Under the pieces are notes generated by a model. It ran no database searches. It was not told the DNA's origin and saw only the letters and a list, made by a program, of their open reading frames with translations. Shown here piece by piece: positions 24,958-38,444 of a stretch of 64,000 nucleotides of DNA. A program made the position numbers and the translations under genes. The DNA comes from Sphyrna mokarran (taxonomy: Eukaryota). Numbering within the stretch: the stretch's first letter is position 1; every line of letters begins with the position of its first letter. The DNA lies in NCBI GenBank assembly GCA_024679065.1, contig JAGIQG010000012.1, forward strand, positions 47,988,001-48,052,000, read 5' to 3'.

Positions 24958-26899
24958 TGATGAAAGTTCCATCATACAAAGTTTTAACACCAAAACTCTG
25001 ATTTTTGTAGAGGGCAATTGTAGAGAGCAATCTGGAAATAGGGTTGGGGATCCTGTGATGCTCCAGGAGCATAAAGTTGTTATTGTTCTTGTTTCATGAT
25101 ACTAAGTAAAATGTGTGAAATATTCCCTGGAATGTGTCCACTCGACTGATAATTCAAGGGGTTTTAAAAATGTTTATTTCAGGTTTGAATTTATGCCTGA
25201 ATGTTAGTCTAAGGCTCAATAGGGAAGTATTTAAATATTTCTATGTTGCAAAACAAGGAAACTTGCCCCAGTTGAATGTCTCATTTGTTGCGCATAAAGG
25301 TGATTTTTATTTAAGCAGGCCCTGGCTCTGTGGAAGGGCCCATCAACCAATGCACATTCATTTTACATAAGTGTGAATACATTTACAGTCATATTTTAAC
25401 TTCAAAAATATTATACTAAGATATATTTTTGACCACTTTTTCAAAAAAGAGACAAGCTTGAGGAAACCCTGTCTGGATTTTCTATATTATAATGCAGAAC
25501 AAGATTTTAAAAGCAACAAAAAAATGTCTTGTCCACAAAAAATTAACAGTTGAAGAGGAATTAAATATTAACCACATCTCTTATTACATGATTTTGGATT
25601 TCAGTAACTGACTTTATAATGTGTATCATTTTAATATTTAAGTTGTAAAATGAGTCTTCAGCTTTCCTGAATGATAGGTGACCTTGGCCTTCAACAATAA
25701 TAGGTTTTGTATGATGACTGCTGCTCTCTGCTTGTATCCTTGTCTAACTGTTTATTTCTTTAAGTTGAATTGTTTGCATTTTACTTGTATTGTGATTTCT
25801 AATTTCATTCTGTTGAAATTAACTCCAAACAAATATCTTATTTTTGAAAGCTTGTGGATCTATGGTTACTATATGGACAGGAAATTGCTCTCTGGATCAA
25901 ATCAGAAAAATTGTTCATTTACGAATTTAAGTCTTTCCAACTCTGTCTCTGGTTTATTCAAGTTTCACACTTCTGTACAAATATTTTAAAACTTAAAGTT
26001 TTCTCCAAGCCAATTTCCCCTTCCCTACAAGCTTTGAATATTGACTTATCCTGAACTATAGCTTGCTCTCCAGTATTGAACCATGACGTAGTAATCATAC
26101 TAGTTTCAACAGCTTTTATGACTATGGGGTGGGTTGGGTGGAGGACTCGCACTCAATGATTTAGTTGAAGCTTGGCTGCCCTCTAAAATAGCCTCTTCAG
26201 CTCAAAACTTGGTGCTTAGCACCACCTTTCGAAGGATAATCAACATGGCTAATAAATGCTGGCCTTCCAGTGATCCACACATCTCGTGATTAATCGTAAA
26301 AGTGAAATGTGAAATTTGGAAGCTGTAAGCCATATCTTTGAAAGGGAAAATTACTTGGAATATATTGATCATCTGTAATAGGGTATTCATCTGACACACT
26401 GTAAGAGTTGTACTTTTTATGTTCTTGTTAAATACAACATGAATCCTATTTGGACTTCAAAAGGCTAATGGTTTTGGACTGGATGATATAACTTTCCAAT
26501 TTATCTGATTGAGTTTATGCTGAATTCAGACATGTTTTCAACGGACAACCTTTTACAATATGTTGACTGATACCCTATCCCTTGAAGAGCACTGGATTTA
26601 CATCCTCTCCACACTTCTGTCTGTACTTGGACAGACATTTCTCAATACTTGAATCTGACTTCAACCTGCACCCCAGTTAACTTAATCTACTTTGAATTCC
26701 TTTTAGGTCTAATTGCATGCAGATTCTTATATCACTCTGGGCCAAGCCCATCACTTGCCCTTCACTTTTAGTCTTTTGGACTATTCTCTTCTATCTTCTC
26801 CCCTTCCATTCCAGCCATTCTTATTTTCTTTTACTTTCATAACCTTTTATCATACTGTTTGTATTTTATGCCTTGGAGATATGCAGAGATGATACACTC

Positions 26900-27400
26900 C
26901 AGGCAATACACCTGGAACAGTTTTATTCAATGCTGTAAAATCTCTCCTCATGCTTCTGCAATTCACTTCAGTTTTGTTTTATTTCCTCAATAACTACGCT
27001 CAGATTTAGCCAATCACAGAGAGAACAGATACCAGATGTGCATGCTCAAAAACTGAACAAGCCAATTATTCCAGGCATAAATCCCTTTTCAATAAACTTC
27101 GATTCACCCTCTGTGCCACTCAGCATTCTTCAAAGAGTCCATGGGGAGATTTGTCATTGCCTATTAATGACACAGACCACCAACTACCTCTCCTCCCTTG
27201 CAATATTTCCATTGAGCATTTCCAACAGAGGATAAGCTTAACCACTTCCTTGCATCCTAGTAAACCCACCCAGCACTGCCAATTTCTGGTCATCCATACT
27301 TTATATATTTTTTTCTATATTTTGCCTTTGTCTCAGGCCATCTTTTGTTTAAAATTTTTTCCATATTTTTGTTTCCTCAGATCCAACCATCCATCACTTC
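26900..27400 (+). mobile_element. Penelope-like RT C-terminal remnant
   Basis: SLTTSLHPSKPT...QFL...PYFCFLR resembles the PLE pattern T.LY.KPT...YL...S.HP...IP.SQFLR. Confidence 0.4.
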
Positions 27401-27499
27401 AGTCTTCCTGGCCCACATTGGCACTCAGTGCCCCCAACTCCAAAATTTCATCTCAATGTCCATTTGAGGCATTGACCTGATCCAATTTTGTGACCTTTT

Positions 27500-28675
27500 C
27501 CAATCATATAATCCCTTGATCAGGGACAGTCTGCATGGCTTCATCAGCGGGAAGTCATGCCGAACAAATTTGATTCAGTGTTTTGAGGAGGTGACCAGGT
27601 ATGTAGGTAAGCATATGGTTGTCAATATAGTTTATAGAGATTTCAGCAAAGCCTTTGACAAGGTCCCACATGGGAGACTTATAAAGAAGGTAAAATCACA
27701 CAGGATACCGGGTAATTTGATAACGTGGCATCAAAATTGACTCAGTTGTATGAGACAGAGTGCAATGACAAAAGGCTGCTTTAGTGCATGGAAGCCAGTG
27801 GCATATCACAGACATTTGTGTTGGACCCCCAGTTATTGGTCATTTATATAAATGATATAGATGACTATGTGGCGATTGGATCAATAAGTTGCAGATGTCA
27901 CAAAGATTGGCCAGGTGGTAAACAGTGAAGCGGAGTGTCTTGGACTCCAAGAAGATATAAATGGAATGGTCAAATGGGCAGATAAGTGACAGATGGAATT
28001 TAACCATTTGCCTTTTTCACCACCCTCCTAACATGCTCTTCAGAGTCCACAATGGAAAAGGCATATGGGTACTTGCCATTATCAATCAAGGCATAGACTA
28101 CAAAAACAAGGAAGTCATATTGGAGTTGTTTCGAACTTTGGGGAGATGACAGTTAGACTACTGTGTGCAGTTCTGGTCACCAATTATCGGAAGGATGTAA
28201 TTGCATTGAAGAGAATGCAGAGATGATGCACCAGGATGCTGCCTGGGATGAAACATTTAAGTTATGGAAAGAGATTGGACAGGCTTGGGTTGTTTTTGTT
28301 GGAGAAGACTGAGGGGTAACCTGATTAAAGTGTACAAGATTATGACTGACTGGACAGAGTAGGTTCCCCTGAGCTGAAGGGTCAGTCACAAAGGGACATA
28401 GGTTCAAGGTGAGGGGCAGGACATTTAGGAGGAATGTGAGGAAAATCTTTTTTAATTTAGAGGGTGGTGACGGACTGGAGTGCGCTGCCTGGAAAGGTGG
28501 TAGAGGCACGTTGCTTCACATCATTTAAAAAGTATTTGGATGAGCACTTGGCATGTCATAACATTCAGGTCTATGGGCTGAATGTTAGCAGATGGGATTA
28601 GGCAGGAGTTCAGGTGTTTCTAATGAGTCAGGCGGATTCGATGGGCTGAAGGGCAACTTGTACACTGTATGATTC
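27500..28675 (+). mobile_element. CR1 LINE RT and 3' end
   Basis: IRDSLHGFISGKSCRTNLIQCFEEVT...DFSKAFDKVPHGRL, with CR1 3' UTR (gatgggctgaaggg...ctgtatgattc). Confidence 0.92.
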
Positions 28676-28974
28676 ATTTCAAAGGTCAAAACAACTCTTT
28701 TTCTCAAGAGCTATATTTTCTCAGTAGCTATATTTTTGAATTTTGGGGGCTAATTTTCTGATTTTCAGCAGCTCTTTTTTCTTTCCATTCAGATTAATTC
28801 CATTACTTCGTGTATTTCTGTTGAATTTCTTTTCAGGGTTTCCTCCTTTAAAATAGATAATGTTGCACAAATATCAAATGGAAAAACTCAAACCTATAGC
28901 AGCTCATCCAATAGCAAGACTAAGTTTAATCAGATCAAAATTGAATGCTACCCAAGTGTCAATGTTATGTGCTA

Positions 28975-29290
28975 TTCTATTGCCCATTCTGAATTAGCAT
29001 TGAGAGGCTGGTGGTGGGCCATCTTCTTAAATACAACTTAGTGTCATGCTGGGCCATTTCAGAGGGCAGTCAATCAACCATATTGCTGTAGATTTGGAAT
29101 CATATATAGGCCAGACAGGTAAGGATAATTTCTTCCCCTTAGGACATGAGTGCATCAGATGTTTTATTTTTGAAGCAGTTCATTTAATTAACTGAATTTA
29201 AGATCCCTTGTGGAAAAGGAATTCCTGTCTCCTAATCATTAATTCTGGATCACCAGCTGAAGTGTGTTGACCATTCTGCCACTAATTCTG
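28975..29290 (-). repeat. Degenerate shark interspersed repeat related to the LINE 3' end at 38045
   Basis: ttgcccattctgaattagcattgagaggctggtggtgggcc resembles the 38095-38140 segment. Confidence 0.45.
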
Positions 29291-29339
29291 TGTCTCAATA
29301 TGTTCAGTATCTCCCCATAGCAGCTTTCTCTATTTCAGT

Positions 29340-29780
29340 CATTCAGACACCAAGGTCTCCCATGAGTCAATAGGTATATCTGACCTCTTCAGGGATACTA
29401 TGAGAACATCCCTCATGCGTTTCCACAGCCCTTCTGAGATCTGCAGTCATGACCAAGGTCTGAATAGACCAGTTGCTTCCAGAGTCTGGTGTCAGTCAGT
29501 GGAGATGTTTTGCTTGCTGTAAAATGTTCTTAAGCATACTGGAACACTGCGGCCGAGAAATCATGACCATAGTCTTAGGTTTGAGATTCTCGTTCCCTTT
29601 TCAGCCACAGGTGAGTGTCTGCGTAATTTGCAACAGAAATGATTGTTGCAAGGATCCTCCTCAAATGCTCCCTTACAATGGCTGATGAACTCATTGCAGT
29701 TTTCATCCATTCAGCAGCACCACTGACACATGACTTCATGTCCAATAAATCAAAGAAAGCCACAAGGAATAGCACCTGCC
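29340..29780 (-). mobile_element. Possible Harbinger transposase remnant
   Basis: Minus frame EFISHCKG (cf. FINRKG.HS) and Harbinger-like neighbouring segments. Very decayed. Confidence 0.3.
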
Positions 29781-29989
29781 ACTGTGCATGGCTTTTTGGA
29801 TTATCCTCCTCAAATTGACCTGCTTTCAGAAATTTGTCACCATCTTCTGCCTACTCCACAATAATATGCAAGCTGTCATCCTCAACAGAACTATACAAAA
29901 CTTCTATCATTGAAAACTGGACTCGGAACTGTAGCATTGTTCCAATTCTATTCTCCATTCTCCACACTGTGATACAGCACAGTACCATT

Positions 29990-30450
29990 CTACAGTACAG
30001 TTGGGAAACTGTTCAACCTATATTGCCTTCGACACAAAAACAAAACCACTCTAACGTCAGTCATAGAGCTTCAGTATGCAGATGATACTTGTGTGTGTTC
30101 ACTCAGAAACTGAACTCGGTACATTGTTGCCTCCTTTCCAAAGCATACAGAAAATACCCATTAAATACTCACTAAATACCCAAAAAACTCTTCCAACCAC
30201 TTTTGCTGGTCATTAAGATCAGTGGTTAGATCCTGGAAAACATGGATCGTTTTTCTTATTGTAGTAACCCCTTCTTGCTGAAGTCAAACATAGAGGGTGA
30301 AATTCATTATCACCTCCAATGTACCAGCTCAGCTTTCTGTCAACTGAGAAAAAGAGTTATGGCCCTATATTCACTTATTTTATCTCTTATCACATCAGGA
30401 CATTGGAGCCATTTGCTGTTCAGTACTCTTCCCAAACATTGGCTACATTC
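29990..30450 (+). mobile_element. RTE-clade LINE RT remnant
   Basis: IELQYADD (~30063-30087) and ENMDRFSY...IEGEIHYHLQCTSSAFCQLRKRV (cf. RTE VDHFPYLGS...IDxEIQHRxxxASAAFGxLRKRV). Confidence 0.75.
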
Positions 30451-31989
30451 ACACTGCAAATTAGTCAGCACGTGGTGATTCTGACAGCAGTTCCAGGATA
30501 AGATGTAGCGTGCAGCTGAGCTGATACTGAGTCAAATTGTGGAGACACGTTCCATAGGAAGGAGTTTTGTTTCCATTTCACTCTGGAGGCAATATGGATT
30601 GCACAGTTTTAAATCCATTGATAAATGGAAACTGCATTAACTATATTACACTTGTAAATGAAGGTATTCCCATGCCAGCAACATACTGAGACAAGTGATA
30701 AATTTATGTGCAAAAACATTTAAAAAACAGTAACTGGATAATAAATCAACAAGTTAAGTGGCTTAAAGAATATGAATCACAAGTGTCCCAGAAGACCAGT
30801 TTGGAAATAATGGGACTGATGACTCTGGGACATTTCCCTGATAGAGACTGTGATGTGGGTGCTCTATTCACACATGCTCTTAGTTTATATTGACTGTGTG
30901 CTCTTCTCTTTCCTGTACATAACGCCATTGGCTCAAACTCCTGACAGCTCCCAGCACCATGTTGCTATATGTGCCAGGAATTGGGCCTTGTGTATGTGCT
31001 GTCCTTGCTTTGTCTCCTTTATGTCTGGGGATGACCTTTCTCCCATTGTCACACTCTTCATTGATTTTTCATAGGCTTTTGGGGCAAATTTGTTTTGATA
31101 CCTTGTATTTTGAACCTTGTTCTATTTTCATTGGACTGACCAGAAGTTGTGAATGGGTGTCCAAAGCATCTGCCTGTTTCAGGTTATGTGTCCTTGTTAA
31201 TGTGAACATCAATGTAATATTCCACGTAAGCTCCAATCAGTGTCAAGACACCTGCAAAAGAGAAATGCCATTTTTTTTTTATGTGGAAATCTTTTGCTTC
31301 ATTGTTGTTCATTAGTGCTATTTGATGATGGTGTTAAAGTTGTTCTGCAACTAATCTTCATGTCCCTTGTGTTTGGCATCAGTACAACAAAAATGATACC
31401 TCTTTGAAAAATAGGTTTTGCCAAACTCCTCTCAAGAAGGCCACTCATGCATCCCAGAAAAAAAACATTAAACTGTCTTGTTGCTGATGCAGCTCCATGA
31501 GAGAACTGAGGGGAAAAAAAATGACCTTTTCATAGATGCAGATAATGATAAACCAGCCTCATTCTGGAATGCAATTTTTAAGATACAGAGAGGAAGTCAG
31601 GCTGAGGCAGATTTCTGTTGTTGTTGTTGACTGAACTGGATAAAAAATAGCACATTGCATGAAGGCCCCCACTGTGAGACTTGCTGCTGAAATGGCATGA
31701 AATATGCATTTAAACTCAGGACAAATGTCTAGCTATTTAAAGGTTTAGAAATTGCATGATACTTCTCCAGCACCTCATGATGGATGAAAGTAATTTTACC
31801 CAATGACTGCTCCCTGGTTCCGACAAGTCATTTACAAGTGGGGCTCTGGGGTATCATTGTGTAAGTTTTCTTTTCTCTTTCATACCTGCAGAACTGTGTC
31901 AAATGAGACTCTGAGGTGCCATATTATTCAAGGACTGTAGAGTTATTCATTAGAGGTTGAAGCTACAGTATAGACAAATATAAAATAAC

Positions 31990-32420
31990 ATCCACAACAA
32001 CAACCTATAATAATAGGGAATATGATGAAAAAAAATGTGACACCGAGGCACCATAAGGAGATGTTAGGTCGGATGACCAAAGCCTTGGTCAAAGAGGTCA
32101 GTTTTAAGAAAAGTATTTTAAAAAAGGAGGTGATACAAAGAGATGGCATTTTAGGGAGGGAACTCCATATCTTAGATTATTGCAAACAAAGATGCAGCTA
32201 CCAATGGAGGAGAGATTAAAATCATGGATGCCCAAGAAGCCAAAATTAGATGACTGCAGATATTTGAGAGGGTTATGGGACTGGAGGAAATTGCAGAGAT
32301 AAGGTGAAGGTGAGGACATGAAGGGATTTTGAAATAAGGATGAGAATTTTAAAATTAAGACATTGTTCGACTGGAGCCAATGTGGGTCAGCAAGCACAGG
32401 ATTGATGGATGAATGGAACA
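31990..32420 (-). mobile_element. L2-clade LINE 3' end
   Basis: Reverse complement reads INPVLADPHWL...ILKF..., SPYLCNFLQ..PLKYLQSS and fktlLKLTSLTKAL, an L2 C-terminus. Confidence 0.75.
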
Positions 32421-33022
32421 CAGTGTTGTCCTGCAGGCAGGCTAACTTGTCTAACAGTGGCATTTCAGACCCTCTCTTGGAGGAGGGGGTGGGGGGGGGG
32501 GCATGTTATGCCCTTGGGAGCTGCAGACCAATCGATTGGCTGGCAGCTCTAGCAGTCCTAGCAGCTCCAAGAGCAATCAATGGTAGTAACTGGGATTGCA
32601 ACCAGTCCCAAAAAGAAGGATCCTGGAGTGAGGTAAGTCCAGGATACTGGTGGAGATATTTGAGCAGCTTAGGGAGGGGGCCAGAAAGTGATTGGGTGGA
32701 ATTTCAGAGAGCAAAAGGATAGGAAGGAAGGAGGTGCTGCTATGCTTGAGTAGGGCCTCTAATATGCAAGGATCTAAATGCTGCTTAGCTGTTGAAATGC
32801 GGATGTTGGACCAACTTCTGGCATCTCATCTTCCAAAAGATCATTCAGTACTGCACAGTTTCTTTCTCATCAGATTCATATAGAAAGAGACATTTTAGGT
32901 TTAGCAGGTCATCCTTCAGTGCTCTGTGTTGGCAAGAACAAATTGGGCAGTATGGGTTGGGAAGAAATAATTCAATCACTTCTCCAGGTCATTACAATCT
33001 TTAGTTAAAACATGTTCATTTT

Positions 33023-33132
33023 CTAAGTTTTGCTTCTGTCTAAAATCGATGTAAAGGCTTTGAGAATAGCATCAAAGTCCGTGGTGGACTTGTCCACTCC
33101 CTGCCTCAGACGAACATCATCTGCGTCTCGGC
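33023..33132 (-). CDS. Putative terminal coding exon of a minus-strand host gene (possibly a C8orf34 homolog; unconfirmed)
   Basis: Strong acceptor tgtctgttcttctctctatgctttAG|, then a phase-1 open frame xRDADDVRLRQGVDKSTTDFDAILKAFTSILDRSKT* (TAG at 33023-25). CpG-rich relative to its flanks. Gene identity is only a recollection, and no upstream exon was found in the window. Confidence 0.7.
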
Positions 33133-33765
33133 CTAAAGCATAGAGAGAAGAACAGACATAATGCTTCTTTTCTTTAGCTTAAAGGCCCGATGCTGCTCAA
33201 TATCGAAGGTTATTTCCATAATTCTGATTACTGGCCTCTCTTTGGACCTCCAAGACAGTCAAATGAGCAGGGTAAGAGCGAGGATTGCTCAGTATTATCT
33301 TATCTTATCACCCCTCTTCAGTTTACCGCCTCCTTCCAGTGGGTAGTATGGACTGCTATCAAGTTTTTCTTTGCTCTTCCATTAATAATGTCAATGTATG
33401 TTTTACATCAATGGCCCCAGTGCTGTCACTATTTCTGAGATGGTCCTTATTTGTGGACCCCAGGTTTGGCTCTTGATTATTGGATAAATGCAGCCATACT
33501 GTGATACTTAATACGTATTTATTCATACTACATTTAAACAGGTCCCAACCTCTTTCTCAAGCTTCTAACATATGAGTGACAGATGTCAGTAATACATCAT
33601 CATCTACACTATATGTTTGCATAATCACTCTATTAATCCTTTATAGTACTCTATGAAGCTCATGTTAAAATTGGTAAGAAACTTCATGAAGTTGTTAAGC
33701 AAATACACTGGAAAGTAGAACTATTAAATATACTATTCCAATATTGAGAAGTTCATGCATTCTGT

Positions 33766-34119
33766 GGGCAGCACGGTGGCACAGTGGTTAGCATTGTTAC
33801 CTCATAGTGTCAGGGGCCCATGTTCAATTCCAGCCTTGAGTGATTGTTTTATGGAGGCCCTCTAGCCCCCACACTCTCCCTCTGTCTGCGTAGGTTTTCT
33901 TTAGTGCTTTGATTTCTTCCCACATTCCAAAGATGTGCAGATTAGGTGGACTGGCCATGCTAAATTATCACTTAGTGTTCCAGGTCTTGTGGTTAGGGGG
34001 ATTACTGGGATAAATACATGGAGTTACGGACATCGGAACTGAGTAAGGAGCTCTATTGGAGAGTTAGTGCAGAATCAATGGGCAAATGGTTTCCTTCTGC
34101 GTTTTAGAGATTTTATGAT
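33766..34119 (+). mobile_element. HE1-type SINE
   Basis: gggcagcacggtggcacagtggttagc head, B-box gttcaattcc, V core and CR1 tail. Confidence 0.9.
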
Positions 34120-35269
34120 AGTTTGGCTAGTGGACTTCAACAAAGTCCTGCATTATGATCTTACAATAATTAGAAATAAAAAGTTTAAACGTGTTTTTAT
34201 CACCCTATTATTTTAATGATATGTTGATCTACTTCTCCTTGAGCGCAATTGCATAATTCATTTCCAGAATCTAATAATTATTTCAAGAACCAATGTGGAT
34301 TGCATGATGAGCAGGTTGAGTGGAAGGAATACCATTATTGACATTGAATGTTCACTGTCTGCAAATAGATATGATAGTCACATTAACTTAGATTCACATG
34401 GTGAATGAATAGGAAACACACAGCATGACAGAATCACATCAGTTGAGGTTACTATATTCGGTGTTCCAGGTCTGTGACTGACCTCACAAATCCCCAATAT
34501 GATACTAGTCAAGCACTGTAATTTGTTTTCAGCCAGGCTGATCTCCACACTCTTGTTCCAGGTCCCAATTTCACACCATTATGATCAAAATATACATCAA
34601 AACAACCTTGTACTTTGCAGGACATCTGTCTAACTCACTGATACTGCAGCCTTCACTGTTGAGCCAACTAACTTTCTGTAACAATCATGTCAAATTTTCT
34701 GTCTCCTCTTTCTTCCAATCAGTTCTTTTCTCCTCTTCAGCAGCTCCCTATCCTTGCTCATTGGATGCTAACAGGAATGTAATAATTCACACCTATTAAT
34801 TTTAACGTAGTTTTTAATTTGTCCTTTACAGATAAAAAAAATTTTCTTCTTATGCATTTTATTAACTGTTACTTCATGCACTTTTTGAAAAGGAAACTCT
34901 AGAAAATTTACTAGTTTTTATTAATTGATTATTCAAGTGTTAATAGTGTTAAGTGACTTTCCAGGTGGAGAGATGGATGAGGAATATTATGTATTTGTTT
35001 CTTTGTTTATTGTGCTTTAGTAGTGATTTGTATCACTTGATCAAAACCTAATAATTAAGGAACAAATTAATATGCATTCAAGAGTGACTCTGATTAATAT
35101 AATTCCTGGAGATCACAAATAATTTAGGAATATAATCACTGTATCCTTTTCATTTTTTGTTTGAGTGAACAAGGCAGATATTGTGTGATATCTTTAATGT
35201 ACTGACTTATTTCATGTAATGTGTTCAAATGGCAAATAGTAGCCATGGAAAAGCACCCAGCTTGGAGAC

Positions 35270-36580
35270 TATAGAGTGGTGTGATTCTTCAGGCCCAGTA
35301 GCCCCCAGTGGGAATCATGCTGGCTCAGAGAATTTGGTGTTGGGCCAAAATTGGGTTTGTTGCTAAGTGGCAAATTTGTTTTGATTCTCCCAACTTGCTG
35401 CATTGACCCCAGTCAGGTTCCTATGCAAAGTTTAAATCCAATTGAAATGTCATTAGCTGGCTGCAAGGCATATTCAACTCCTTCTGGTTATTCACTCTTA
35501 GCATAGTGATTTCAGACAGGTCTCTAATCAAAATCTTCATTCTGGTCTGTATACTTTGAAAACTTTGAAGTGGCCTGGTTGATTTTAATCTTCATGCCCG
35601 AGACAACTGAAGGATTTCAAATCATGGCAATGCTCCATTCTGCAGAAGGATTCCCTTTTCTGTCTCTCAGAAGCTGCAGGTGTAAGAAGAACTCTTTGCA
35701 GTTTTCTGGCTGACAGGAGAAGTCAGTTTCACTGCCAGGTGGGGGTGGGAGGATTTGGTGGAGTGAGGGGGGATCCCTAGTTGCTCACCAGCACCATTGC
35801 TTTAACACTGCACTTTTTCAAGTCTTTGAGCCTTCCTAGAAAGCTCAAAAACTTTGATAACTATTGGAATCTTTGTTTTCATTCAATTTCATGGACCAAT
35901 ACCTTTAATTAGCCTTTGATTAACAGATTAATGTTTTTTATGCACCATGCTGAGCTTTATTTATTTACCTTTTCATTCACGGTTAAATGCAACTGAGGTA
36001 CCCCTCCTCCCCCGTTCAGTTTTAACTGCAATGCTTATAAACATCCTTGTTCTAGTTGATAGTTGTGGGGAATTTCAAAGTTGTTCTAAATGCAGAGAGG
36101 GTGTCACTGCCACACTGTCAGTACCAGGGTACCAGGAGGCAATGCAAGATTGGCATTGCCAAGGGTCGAGACCTGCTTGGAGGACCTAGGGGAGTGATTG
36201 AGGGAGTCTTGATGCAGGTGAGGGGACTCCTATAACAAAGCCATTGTGGAGGATGGGGGGGTTAGGTCACCCTCATGCTTGCCTGATGTGAGTGAGGAGG
36301 GTGTCCCTCTGTGCTGAGAAATTGGAGTGGGGGGTGCCTTCTTCTGGTCTCCTTTTCTGTTGTGGGAGGGAAAGGGACCTGTCTCTAAGTGCTAAGATTA
36401 GAGTGTGCTTTACGAATGGGCTCTGAGAAATCAAGCTGGCCAGCATGTTTTCCATAATGCGTAAATTTGTATAGAGCAGGTGGGTGAATCTCACATCACA
36501 GGCACTGCTACTGCCTGTGGGAAACATTGGTTTTCCCACTGGTGGGCTGGAGTGCAATCAGGATAATCACAGCCAATGCC
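35270..36580. mobile_element. Decayed Harbinger-type non-autonomous element(s)
   Basis: GC-richer block with gattct.../...ggataatcacagcc termini resembling the MITE family. Boundaries uncertain. Confidence 0.3.
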
Positions 36581-38044
36581 TGAAAAGTGAAAGGGAAGAT
36601 AATAGGGCATTATGTAGGGGGAAAAAGTAACCTGCCATCTATTTCCAGGATTTTCTGTTGCAATCTCACATTTTGAGCTTTACACCATTGAGATTTATCC
36701 TTTTAGTTGAATGGTTTCTGTGGGTTCACTGTGTGAATATACTGAGAGTTTTGCACTTAATGAATAATCAATTTCAATAATGCTATTTTTTTCCACCAAA
36801 CCTGCTCTTAAGTCACTCCATATTAGTCCTTGAAACAATGATTATAGATTCAGCAGATGAAAAATTGCTGAGTTTCACGCAAAACTGGATAAAGCATGTT
36901 TACATTCACACCTAAAGTAATGCAGAGAAAAGTCATCTGTCACTTTTTGTTTATCTTTTTGATATGTAGAGAGGAAAGCAAATTCTTACAAGATATTTTT
37001 CCAGATTGCTTATCAATGAAATAAAAAACAGTTTTCTAATTTCACTCAACAAAAGAAAATACATGTGCTGCCGAGTCTTGTTGGAATATTGCCAAAATCA
37101 AGGCTCACTGTGTATTTGTGGAAGACTTGGTACTTCACATTTGATAAGTGGCAAAGTCTTGAATCTCTTTCACTGGTGAGATACATTTTGTAATTTGCAG
37201 TTTTCACATTCCTATTTAATACAGTCACTATTATAATCTCAGTAATTTAAATTATTTTTGAGTTACTCATGAAATGGATCATCAGAAATGTGAAATATGC
37301 TATATAAATGTAGCTTCATGTCACATGGCCTCTACAACTATGGCAAATTCCCTAAGTATATTTGAAGGATAAAGCTGATGGGGTTGTCTTGGTCTGAAGC
37401 ATTATGTTATGAATGAGGACCCTATTTACATTTTTTACACTTCATACTGCGAGAAATTTCAGGTCAGCTCCCTAGTTTGTTGCTGCAATGTTGTAAAAAT
37501 TCAGTGTTCAAATTGACGGGCGATGCAAAAGCACTGTTTAGTGTGTAAGACAGATTTTTGCTCTTTATCAGTTTAAAAACATGGGTGAGAAGATGCAGAA
37601 GGCTGCGCAATTGAATAATGTGACTCGTTAATTGAAATGTTCAGACTTCCACAAAGCCTGAACAATTATTTATTTCAAATATTTCATAATCACAGAAAGT
37701 ATGGTTATGTCATGGATACACAAGAATCTTTATGACAAGGTTAATGTGTTTTTTGCTTTCTGATTAGAATTAGTCATCATCACAACCCAAAATAAGATTA
37801 GCAATAATTTTAGTAGCATTTTGTTTTTATTTCTGCTTCTCGGTTGACATTATTGTATCTACCAATAATGTAGAATTAACACAATGAAACTGAACAGTTT
37901 GTTTTTTAAATATAAACTTAACCACTTGTAAAATATTTTTAATCTCCAGTCCATAGAATACTTCACTAGAGATTATCTCTGGCTTTAAAGCTGTCTTACA
38001 ATTAGCAAATCAAGTGCCTGCTTAACTATTATCACAAACAATTC

Positions 38045-38370
38045 TCTTTTATTTATTCGTTCAGGGGATGTGGGCATCACTGGCAAGGCCCACATTTATT
38101 ATCCATCTCTAATTGCCCTTGAGAAGGTAGCAATAAGCCACATTATTGAACTGCTGCAGTCACTGTGGTGTAAGTACATCCACAGGGAATTGCAGCATTT
38201 TGACCCATCAACAGTGAAGGAATGGCAATATATTTCTAAGTCAGGATGTTGTGTGGCTTTGAAAGGAACTTGCGGGCTGTGGTATTCCCATGCATTTGCT
38301 GCCTTTGTCCCTCTAGGGTTAGAAGGTGCTGATGAAGGGGCGCTGATGAGTTGTTACAAATCAATTTACA
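38045..38370 (-). mobile_element. Shark LINE 3' end (gggcaattag.gatgg..aataaatg..ggcc family)
   Basis: tttattcgttcaggggatgtgggcatcactggcaaggcccacatttattatccatctctaattgcccttgagaagg. Related pieces at ~26250 and ~43150/44420. Confidence 0.7.
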
Positions 38371-38444
38371 TCCCTTTATTGTCTCCTTGCTAAGTGTGAT
38401 TCCATAGATACAAGACTTTTCAGAAGCAAAATTCTCATCCTGGA

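Larger units (their letters stand above)
23962..25002. repeat. Dispersed ~40-bp inverted repeat pair
   Basis: 23962-24019 (atcagagttttggtgtt[A-rich insert]aaactttgtatgatggaacttt) is the reverse complement of 24963-25002. Confidence 0.9.

Noticed and set aside
30850-31180. Possible Gypsy gag zinc-knuckle remnant on the minus strand
   Set aside because: Cys/His spacing could not be reconstructed convincingly.
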